From Octopus sinensis (taxonomy: Eukaryota): 64,000 nt of DNA. The stretch is taken from NCBI RefSeq assembly GCF_006345805.1, contig NC_043004.1, positions 18,414,001 to 18,478,000 on the forward strand, given 5' to 3'. Positions 53,521-64,000 of this stretch are shown one piece after another. Under the pieces are notes generated by a model. That model searched no databases, was not told the DNA's origin, and saw only the letters and a program-made list of their open reading frames with translations. The first letter of the stretch is position 1, and each line of letters opens with the position of its first letter. The position numbers and the translations under genes are program-made.

Positions 53521-56129
53521 AGGACCAGGATGGGGGCAACCTGGGTCAACTTGACAAACCAACTGTTTAAAAAAAAACTAAAAAAAAAAAAAACCCAAAA
53601 ACATCCATATATGAGGTATAATGAGAAGAAAATATTTCAGTAAAATTTATTCTTTGATGACTATGTTTCCTGAAATTTCAGCTTTACTCTCTCTTCGGCA
53701 CATAACATCGAGCTTTATACATTTTGAGTCAACGAGCGAAATCCCTTTACGATGTTGCTCGCTTGTTAGAAATAGAAGCCAGATACCCCCACTCCCCATC
53801 CACCTATATCGCATCTTAACGTATTTAAAAAGGGAAGGATATACCAGGTACTGCTATATCAAATTATCTAAAAAGAAAAGGAAAAGAAGGGGGTGGTCGT
53901 GTCTGAAACGCCTTTATCCACTGGTCTTTGATCAGAGTTTACATGTTTACGAACAAAAGTAGTAGTTGGTTTAAAAAGCAAGAGACCGTTCATGGCAGTA
54001 CCGCACTGAATTTACTGCCTTATCGTAATGCAATCATCAATACATAGCTTGATGTTTAAATATTTATGGAATATAAAGCGCAGTAACGTACTACAATAGA
54101 TTGGATAAATTCATTTGTCATGAATTGTTTATTCATAGATATCAATATATTTTAATTTGCTTGATTTTCCTCTGGATTGATTCGGGGGCTAATTTAAGGC
54201 TATTATAATTCTCTCTAGAAATAAATTGTCTTCTTTAAATGAAAGAAATGTTTATTTCCTTGTATGTTTCAAAGGCAATTATATCTAATTAGCAAAATAT
54301 AAATCTTGTGTGGTGAAAAAAAAATTAATTAAAACTTTTATATATCTTCTGGTACTTATTTCATCGATTTCGGAAGTCTAGTTTATTAGATATACATATC
54401 ATAGATGATTACTTTACCTTATATACTTACCAGTTATCCGAGACTCTCTCGTTCGATACATACATACATACATACATACATACATACATACATACATACA
54501 TACATACATACATACATACATACATACATACATACGTGAGTAGCATGTATAAATTATTAAATAATTCCAGGTTGGAATTATTATGTGACTAAGTTTTATT
54601 TTAGTTATTGAATAAAGTAATTCCATGGAAAGATTTGAAATGAAAACAACGGCCAAACGAAAATAAAGCAAAACCTTATGTGCTCTACGTTTTTATGAAT
54701 GTTTCCCCATTATTTGCGTGTGTATGATAGGCCTACTCCGGATTTTTGCATAGCAGTAATTGAAATTCCATGAATTTCTTTTGAAAAAAATTCGATGAAA
54801 CTCGAGTTTTGTTAACTGAATTTGATATTGTTTTCAATAAATTTATATGAAATTGCTAAGCTATGACACACGCTTGATTTTCTGCAACCGTTTTCATCCT
54901 TCATGTTCGAAATCCTCTTTTATATTCGAAGATAAAAGCTGATATAATATTTTCTGACAGAAAATGTTCATTCGCTTTTGCTATTAAATTTAAATGTCAA
55001 GTTTTATATTTCACATAAACTTCAACAAGTAAAACCTTATTGAAATAAAAGTTAATAGCGTACGAATATAATGAATGTCATAAAATAAATCGCATGCGTT
55101 GATAAAGGATTTTATTTATCTGAGGTACATGAAAACAATAAGGAAATTGCATTATATTCCTCGTATTAGGGATTGTGTTCATTGAACTTTAATGTAATTG
55201 CATATCATTTGTTTCCATCAAGGATTTCATTAATGTCATTGAGACAGAAAATGTGTATCTTATTGCGTGCGAATGCTAAAAGTTCTTTAAAGAGAGAAAA
55301 ATTAATAGTGTTAACAATCTATTTCTTGCTTCTGGAATAATTTTACATATTTGGAGTATAAGAATAACAATTCTTGTTCTTTTATCAAATTACTTACCAT
55401 TGACATTGTTTGGTTCAAGGAAAGAAAACGTACTTTCCTTTAATGTACAAAATTATATGGAATTTATGATTGAATTTTCTTGATTAGATTGCGATACTGG
55501 TATAAGAATTGTCATTTGTGGCCTAAAAAGGAAGGCAAAACATTGATTTCAGCTTCAACCTAGGGGATCTATGGACAAAGACTTTCCATTTGGGACTAAT
55601 CCGTCTTAGTCACCGAAAGAAAACTGTGACTCTTGTTTAATATTGGAAAGGAAAATTAGATAAACTATTTAAAATTTGAAAAATGAGATGATATACTTTT
55701 GACAACTGCAAGGATTGAATTTGATTTTGCGCAGAGACGTGGTTATGCTATCGATGTTTGATTAATTGCAATTTTTGGTAAAAAAAAGCTTGTAGGATTT
55801 CATTGATATTTTTCTATTTAAAATTTTTATTCAGAATATTGTTTCTGAACTTCTGACTCACAAAGGAAGTCATTCCAAGGTGATTTTATTTCAGCAGGGT
55901 TCCTCTGAATAATCAATATATGGTCAAACAGAAAATTGAAACTCTTCCATTTTCTTAACCTCTAACAAAATTAGCATCAAATTTTTATAAACAAATAACA
56001 AAGAACCAAGAAATTCGAAGGTTCTTTCTTTACATGCCACAAATGCAGTAGAACATCGGAATTAATTCTATAAAAAAAAGTCAAATAATTTCGACAGACA
56101 CATTTCCTCACCTCATTTCATATTGTCAT

Positions 56130-57230
56130 CTCCTGTCTTTATCAGACTCAGCCAAGTATCAGCACTTCACGCTATTACTAGTTTTCTATTCACCTCAGTA
56201 TCGCATATTTACTTCTAAATGGCTGTCTAATTTGTCTTTTAAGGAACTGCAGTTGTTTTGTAGCTCTTTTCCCACTAATATTGCCATCTGTATTTTCATG
56301 CTGGAAATGTTCTTGGATATAAGATTATTTAAGTGTGACGCAGGAACCTTAACTAATGTGGACAATATTACTTTCCATTACAACGAATAAAATCTTTGTT
56401 AACGTCTGTAGAGGTTGCCCTACAAGTTAGCGCAAAATCAACTACTCTCTTCTCTTGCAGTTTATTATTCGTGTCTCAACGAGTAAATAATGACGAGAGG
56501 TCCAAAATCAGCTATTAACATCAAGTAGACTACTTACAGATATCAACGTACGGCATGAGTTAGAACAATTTATAAAATTTATAAACCGTAGTTTCCTCTT
56601 CTCCCTCAGTAACTTGTTGGCTATTTATCCTTATACTTTCTTAAAATTTGGTCCACAATTGCTCCCGCACACTGCCTATTATTTGTACACAGGACGCATA
56701 TTAGCACCTATTATAAGGGTTAATTTAATCTTTGAATACTAATTAACTCATCTATTTTATCTCTCAGAGGTCGGCATAAGCAAAAAGACTTTCAGTTACT
56801 ATGGCTCAGATTCTATCTTTTCTTCTATTTGATCGTCTTGGAAATGATCGAGAATATGTTATTATTCAAAGAGATGCGAGCCTAAGATTTTATGGGCAAC
56901 ACGAAGAAAGAAAAACCATAGAAGATGAGTTTTATTACAAGTCTAACTTTGGGTTGGTCGGTCCACCAACAGTCGTTTCAGATCAACGACTTGCGAAATC
57001 TCTCTCTACAGTCATTGGCATTTGTGTCCTTGACATCGTCCGGACTTCTCCAGGGAAGCTAAACATTTGATCTTTCCGTACTGTCCGTAAAACTTAGTAT
57101 CATCACCTTCTCCATATAAGTGGGTACAGACACCTCAAATATCTCTTCAACCTTTCTCAATTCTAAACCAAGCCTTTACCAAATTATCAACATCTGTCAG
57201 ACCCTCCGACTACTGCGCACTCACAGACAT
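56130..57230 (-). mobile_element. Highly decayed CR1-like RT/3' fragments
   Basis: DDVK..W.DQ..KxLG-like and LKDKLDSHL-like remnants with many stops. Confidence 0.45.
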
Positions 57231-57244
57231 ATTCTTTTCTACTC

Positions 57245-57410
57245 AAGGCACAAGGCCCGAAATTTTTTGGGAGAGGGCCACTCGATTAGATCGACCCCAG
57301 TACGCAAGTGGTACTTAATTTATAGACCCTGAAAGGATGAGAGGTAAAGTCGACCTCGATGGAATTTGAACTCAGAACCTAAAGACAAAAATATTTACCG
57401 CTGAACATTT
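57245..57410 (-). mobile_element. SINE family D fragment
   Basis: gaccctgaaaggatgagaggtaaagtcgacctc...gaatttgaactcagaac. Confidence 0.75.
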
Positions 57411-58210
57411 CGCAGAAAGTCAACGAAATGGTCAAGATTCGGTCATTTTTGAAATAGATAAGTAGGCCACCATCAACATCATCTGAGGAAATTCCTGCAC
57501 ACTAATCATTTCAACATTCCCAAAGCTGCCAAGTGGGTCACAGGCTGCTTGCACCGAAGGAGAGGGATAGGATCTACATCACTTGGAAAATCTCCAACCT
57601 TCCATAACTATATTGCTTTTGTGTACACTTCACCCCTTGAAAGACTATCATTCGAATAGTAAATGATTTCTCTGGGTTTCGCATATCTACATAAATATCA
57701 TAAGATAACATCTCAATTCTGCAGAATATATCCCATGATACAAAATTGATAATTATTGATGTAAAAAGAAGCTAGGATGGTTACCAGTAAACATTTCTAA
57801 TAAATTATGAAACACCTTGTGGGAAAATCATCCGACCCAAAAAGACTGTATGGCAGTCATCTTTATAGCAAGCACGAATGTCATTGGAAAGATATGTGTG
57901 CGTATTGTAGGAATATTTTATGGATATATTTGTATGGATATCTGGTGTGGATATACATAGGTCAGGATCATGCAAACCACTTCTATACAGACACATGATG
58001 TTACTTTGCTGAACTTCTTAATATTATGGGAGATCGACCGACCAATCCATGGAAGCACACCCAGGTGGTGAGAAAACCTCTAAATATTAAGCTTTTTCTT
58101 CAATGCATTATATTTAGTTCCAGACAGCGTCTATAGACAACTTGAATCAATTTTCTCATTGCACTGCATTGTTGGAAAATAGATTTTATTGAAGGAGACT
58201 ATGGAAAGAG

Positions 58211-58267
<57 letters not shown>

Positions 58268-58609
58268 GGTGTTATTATTATTATCATTCACTTCTGAAAA
58301 GCAAAAACGAAATTATATTTCCTTTACTAAAATTACTTTCTTTTACTTGACACTAAAAATAGGAACTCATACAGAAACAGAATTATTGGTAAATTTATTC
58401 ATAATTGATTACAATATCAACATCGTTCTTGTTGAACTTCTTATCACCAAGCATTCTTGTACTGTTTTATTTTTGCGCTAGAATATCTTCAACGTAAAAG
58501 TTATTTCTCGCCAGACTTTACGGCTCCACATTGACATATAAAATGAGTTGCATTTCAATCGACAATTCCAAGATGATGACTCGGGAAGATAAAGTAACAC
58601 ACACACACA

Positions 58610-58657
<48 letters not shown>

Positions 58658-58673
58658 CACACACACACACACG

Positions 58674-58741
<68 letters not shown>

Positions 58742-60337
58742 GGATTCGCTTATATCTACAATACACTTTACAACTCCCTGAGTGAATGATTTGTGGTGTT
58801 CACTTAGAATTTTTTAAATTTACATAATTTTTGTGCTTTTGCTACGACGGAGCATTCCTTATAAAACTTAAGAAAGTTACGTCGTTAAATGTAGTTTCAA
58901 AGCTTTCGATTTCTATTATATTTTGTAACGCTCTTCCAAACGAAGTATCTCACCATATGCTTATAAAACAATGTAACAGTAGTTCTCTTGATCTAATGTT
59001 TCTATATTAGTCTTCTAAAAGTATCGTGAGACTTGTTAGTCTGAAAAGTTTTTTCGAAAATATATTCTCGAAGGAGCTATCTTTTAGTCCTATACCTCAC
59101 TGATTCTGAACACCCATTTGGTGACTAAAGAAATTAAAGACGATTGCCTGCTAACAACAAAATCTTTAACAGTTAAGTGAGCAAAGGATATGTAGTGTTT
59201 TAATAATGTTATCCAGATAAAAAATTACTGTTCAACATATGACTTCAATAATGGTAAATCTACTGTTCTAAATGAAATACAAGTAAGCAGTATCTTCAAG
59301 CTTCTCCATTCCGTAAAACTCGGTGATATATGTTATCTGTAAGATATTTAACCATATATAAAATCGGAAAATGTGTATGAGAAGAAATGATACTCATATT
59401 CATGGATCTAAAATACTTATATTGGAGAAATTAAGATATGACCACGAAAGATTCAGAAATGTGTTTATATGAGGAAAATTTCTTGTTAATCTTTAAATGA
59501 ACTTAATTCTTCCTCACTAGCTCTTGATTCTAATTCTAAATAAAATATTCCCTCTGAAGCTAAAATGAAAGAAAATGAATCTATGTATGCGTACTTATGT
59601 GTAATATCTACATAGAAACAGTCAAGAAAAACAACGGCGCACATGGTAGCGGCAGAAGCGGGAGGAATACAAAATGTATAGGCCGATACTTCACATAGAA
59701 TTACATTTCCATCGGAAATAATCAAGATGGTTACTAAGTTAAAGGGAACACAATTCACTGCTACCTAAAAATAATTCAGAGCTATTTGACTAAATGATTT
59801 GTTGTGTTTCGACTACGAGCAGCTAATGTACTAAAATTCTGCAGCTAAGCAAAAAAGCCCTTGCCTTGGGTCGGTACCGGTCTACTAGTTTAAGCGAAAC
59901 ACATGATTCGTTTAAACTAATTTTCTGTCACAAATTTATTGATCTCGGACACTGAAGCCATTCTATTCTCTCTAAAAAAAATTCTTTCGTAGACTTGATG
60001 TTGCATACACTCATGTAACTTAATTCGGAGAGAAGAAAACAGTACGAGGAAACTAGTAGCGGTCTGCATTGGTTAAATTTATATTGTAGAGTTCACGAGT
60101 TTGTATACTGTGGCGGCGGTGGTGGTGGTGGGGAGAGTGGCTTGACTTTTCATCTGTTGAAAAATTAATTTTGTTTCAGCTAAACATCAGATTCCTCTGT
60201 ACTTCCTCGGCATACTGTCATGAAGTCCATAGCTATTAAGTACATATTTCTTTAATGCATACTGTCATAATCTGTTTTCTTTTTCTATTACTACTTCAAA
60301 ATTATATACAATATAAATTATATTATAAATAATACAA

Positions 60338-60544
60338 GTCTTTTATTTGTTTTAGTCGTTTGACTGCGGCCATGCTGGAACATCGCCCTTTTAGTCGAAG
60401 AATTCGACCCCAGGATTTATTCTTTGTAAGCTTGGTACTTATTCTATCTTTCTTTTTTGCCGAACTGCTAAGTTACGGGGACATAAATCACAACATTGGT
60501 TGTCAAGCGATGATGGGGGACAAACACAGACACAAAGACACACA

Positions 60545-60584
<40 letters not shown>

Positions 60585-60708
60585 TTATATATATACAACG
60601 GGCTTCTTTCCGTTTCCGTCTACCAAATCCATTCACAAAGCTTTTGTCGGCCCGAGGCTATAGCCGTTGGGAAGCATGCTTCTTACCACACAGCTACGCC
60701 TGTGCCTA
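60338..60708 (-). mobile_element. SINE family A with internal deletion
   Basis: Same body as the other copies. Lacks the cttgcccaagg...ggttc block. Confidence 0.85.
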
Positions 60709-61069
60709 CGTATATAATATAAGAACCCTAATGAGTGTTTTTTTTCCGAATATTTACGGCTTGACCACAGATACTCTCCTTAAATCTCACTGTTAGAACC
60801 CAAACAAAACAAAAGAAATGTAACTGGCCAAATTGTTGACAAATCCCTTTCTTTTATGGACCGAACACAGGTTTAGTATTTTTCTACTTTTCAAACTCAT
60901 TCCTTATTTTTTCTTCTCAATGTGTCGAATTTAAATAAGATAATCGAATACAAACCCAACAGTTTCAGTTGTTTGCAACATTGTTCGTACATTTTGTATT
61001 TATATTTCTTAATTTTTCAAAATAATTTATAAGAATTAAGTTTTGAAAATAAACTGTTAAGAGACTCAC

Positions 61070-61139
61070 CCCAACTGATATAACACACGGAGCCCGAATA
61101 ATCCAAAATATTCTTCGGTCCAAATGAGTATTCCAGCAA
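61070..61139 (-). CDS. Class B1 GPCR exon (ECL2-TM5), 70 nt
   Basis: Acceptor tctatttcag and donor gtgagt. Translates (x)CWNTHLDRRIFWIIRAPCVISVG, with the class B ECL2 CW and TM5 WIIxxP motifs. Phase 2 to 0. Confidence 0.93.
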
Positions 61140-62099
61140 CTGAAATAGAATATGTAAGAGCTTGTATGAATGCAAAACTTGCAATGGTGCAAGACGCGTT
61201 GACCCTATTTATACACACACACACGTGCATAGGCGCGCAGACTCGCACGCATGCGCGTATTGTAGGCTTGATATCGAAGACAGCAATCTAGAATAAAATA
61301 AGCATGGAAAAGTAATAAAGCTGAATATTAGATAATAACAACATCGCTAGAGCTTTAAGATAAAAGTAGCCCTCATATTGTTTTTGACTCCAAAACCAGC
61401 TCTGTTGTGGAACTCAACTACATATACTTGCTTGAAAAATATTTTGTGAAAGAAGACATCTATGGTTGATTGCTGATGTGTTTGCGAATTGACTAGACAA
61501 TATACGCATTCGGCTTTAAATGCATTATTACTGAAACGATAAGTTATATACCAAGTGGATCAACAAGCGGAGAGCCTTAAATTATTAGAGACAAAGAGTT
61601 CTTGCATACTTCATACGCTACAGACACATTAATTCTTTTCAGTTCTTTAGTTTGTTTCGCTCAAGCCTAAGCCATATCAAATGACTATGTTATTTGGAAC
61701 AACGCTGCACATCTTCAAGATGTGGAAATTTAAAGGGTGAATGTTTTCGTAAAGATACAAAACAATAATGTATCAACTTTTAGAAATAGGGGTGTGTTCC
61801 CTACCTTGCCCTGTGAGAGTGTTTGATCGAAATATATTCTGTAATTTCACACACACAGACACACGCAGACACACATACATACGTTTATAAATACATGTAT
61901 ATACACGTACTTACCGATCGATGTGACAAGTCGTATGTTTGGTATAGGTAATTAATCATTGAAAATACGATAAATACTATCTCCCACTTTGGAGTCACAT
62001 CTATCAACCCTATTAGATAACAAGTTGAACTTCAGATGAATTGATGGAAGGAGGCTTTTATTCAATTTTTTTCTCAAACCTGATTTTACCATGCAGAGG

Positions 62100-62370
62100 T
62101 TGGCTACAAGTAATATGGCTGGTCACGACAACTACAGCAACACAGTTAAATAGCAGAAAAACAACATGGCACAAGACACATTTTAGTGAAAAAGAAAACG
62201 CCTGTTAGGTAATTTACAGCTACTCCACTCGGATTGCAAGACCAGGTTTTTACCCGTAATTATTGGCACACTAGGATATGTAACAAACTACCTCAACATC
62301 AACATTGTCAAATTAGGTTTCTCAAGACCAGAAAGGAGAAAGCAGATTAGAAAACGACAGATGGTCTGAC
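62100..62370 (+). mobile_element. RLE-type LINE C-terminal fragment
   Basis: FLPVIIGTLGYV...KLGF remnant. Confidence 0.55.
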
Positions 62371-63880
62371 CGGTGATATTACCATTTGTCTTAGAGTCTA
62401 CTCAGGATAATATGAAGCTTCGACTTCGTCTCCTAATCGCTAAAGAAAAAATATTTTTCCTTTATAAAACACTTTTATCTGTCGCTGTAAATAGAAACAT
62501 TTGGTGCGGCAGACAGTACGAAACAGAGCTTGATTTATGTTGGCTATACCACAGAACAATTAAATAAAAGCTTCAGTGGGCATAGGTATGATGCCAGGCA
62601 CTATAACAGTAGTTCGACGGAACTTGCCAAACAATTTACATCAAGCACCATACATTTTAAGTAAAGAAATAATTTTATATTCTAACCAACAAATCTATAA
62701 ATAGACAACATAAAATATAAAATTATCAGGCGTGAAATGTGTTGCGGGGTCATTGTAATCCAAGCATGTGACTCTCTTGTTTCTGAAAACGGACTGTGAT
62801 TGATAGTATTGATCTCTGAGGAGGTATATCAGGAAACAAGCGAAGTTACGTAATGGTCTGTTAAGAATAATTGACATAAAACCTGACAGTATGACTCAGA
62901 ATAAAGTGTAATGAATATGAGCAAATCTAGTAAATGACTATTGTTTAGACGTACTGCAAGTAGATGCGCTTTCACACACGGACACTTACTGACAAAAGTA
63001 GATGAGAAGGTATACTATAACTCTGTCAGGATTCGACATCCCGAGGCAGTTAAACAGTATATAGTATATGTCGAATATATTTGTAAATAAGTTCTAATAC
63101 GGTCAAAAAACACCCCTTAGATATCATCCGTCAAGATAAATTTGACAGGTGCTTGGGAAACGAGTCTGAAAAAAAAAAAAAAAAGATAGGGCCTTGCATG
63201 TTTACATGTCCCCCTCTACTATTTCACTTTCTGCTTTCATTATCCTCTGAATATCGAAAAAGAAAAAAAAAATCGAAGTAACGATTTCTAGAAGTTTCAG
63301 CTTCAATAAAAGGCACTGCTTTCTACATTCTACTTTCAGTTTCTACTCAATATCGAATTATCTGTTTTTTTTTCTTCTTGTTTCCTTTGAAATAATCATA
63401 CATATGCACACATAAACATATATATGTGCACATATATGTATATTTATGTGTGTGAATTTGTGCATGTACAAAAGTGAAAATCTGCATGGGCAACTGCTTA
63501 TAAGCATCTGTGTATATTTAAATATAGATATGTATGTATATGCAAGTGTATTAGTGTGTGTGCCCAAATACTTTTGCGTGCGACATAAGAGAGCGAAAGT
63601 GATGGAGAAAAAAAAACCCAAAGAGGCAAAAGCAATATCTGATGCTAGATTATCTATCATTTAGATGAATAGGGTAATAGCTACTGAACAGACTAATGAT
63701 TGATAGTATTACAGTATTTGAGAATTAAAACTACGTCAAAATCAATTGATAATACGGCATATGTCACAGTTGATATCTCATTGCACTTCATCATGATATG
63801 TATAAAATTACTTGCATCATTCCTCCCATTCCGTTTATTCTATATACTTTTTCCTGTAATTAGGTTTATATATATATGTA

Positions 63881-63925
<45 letters not shown>

Positions 63926-63927
63926 TA

Positions 63928-63962
<35 letters not shown>

Positions 63963-64000
63963 CTATATATATATATATAATACATATATATATATATACA

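Noticed and set aside
56801-57070. Plus-strand ORF containing QRLAKSLSTVIG, resembling GPCR TM6
   Set aside because: Wrong strand for the gene, no other class B motifs, and the minus strand looks like decayed CR1 RT.
57807-57998. Cys/His-containing ORF vaguely like a piggyBac C-terminus
   Set aside because: Motif spacing is unconvincing and no TIR or TTAA was found.
59590-59770. Minus-strand open frame with AG/GT and phases 0 to 2, a candidate ICL3 exon
   Set aside because: No NFxxF motif. The true exon was found at 51884-51975.
62580-63030. Possible TM4 exon candidates
   Set aside because: None gives an open G-x-P...W frame with suitable splice sites. The TM4 exon probably lies beyond the window.

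Overview
AT-rich, repeat-dense animal genomic DNA. The SINE families and extreme microsatellite load suggest an octopus-like cephalopod (inference). One protein-coding gene is clearly supported: the 3' half of a minus-strand class B1 (secretin/PTH-receptor-like) GPCR. Five exons at 61070-61139, 51884-51975, 41974-42109, 38928-38969 and 36616-36954 have GT-AG sites and matching phases, and encode ECL2/TM5 to the C-terminus: CWNTHLDRRIFWIIRAPCVISVG-LNFCLFLNIVRVLFTKLNSQQNLESRNTRYI-RLAKSISILIPLFTVHLIFIFQPDEVSGIPEIVLLALEMWLSSFQ-GLVIAILLCFANYE-VKTELARFW... I did not find the upstream exons, which probably lie beyond 64 kb. The rest is mobile-element debris (R4/Dong, RTE, CR1 and Penelope retroelements; mariner/Tc1; Helitrons; several tRNA-derived SINEs) and simple repeats. 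Notable observations: non-canonical activation-motif residues in the receptor; a strong cryptic acceptor that could give an alternative TM7/terminal exon; a palindromic element seen only inside (TA)n tracts; many fold-back structures, several centred on (TA)n; a perfect templated inverted insertion between two LINE copies; and a sharp CpG-depletion boundary near 15.5 kb. Most ORF-track entries are microsatellite or TE artefacts. All alignments and counts were done by eye.
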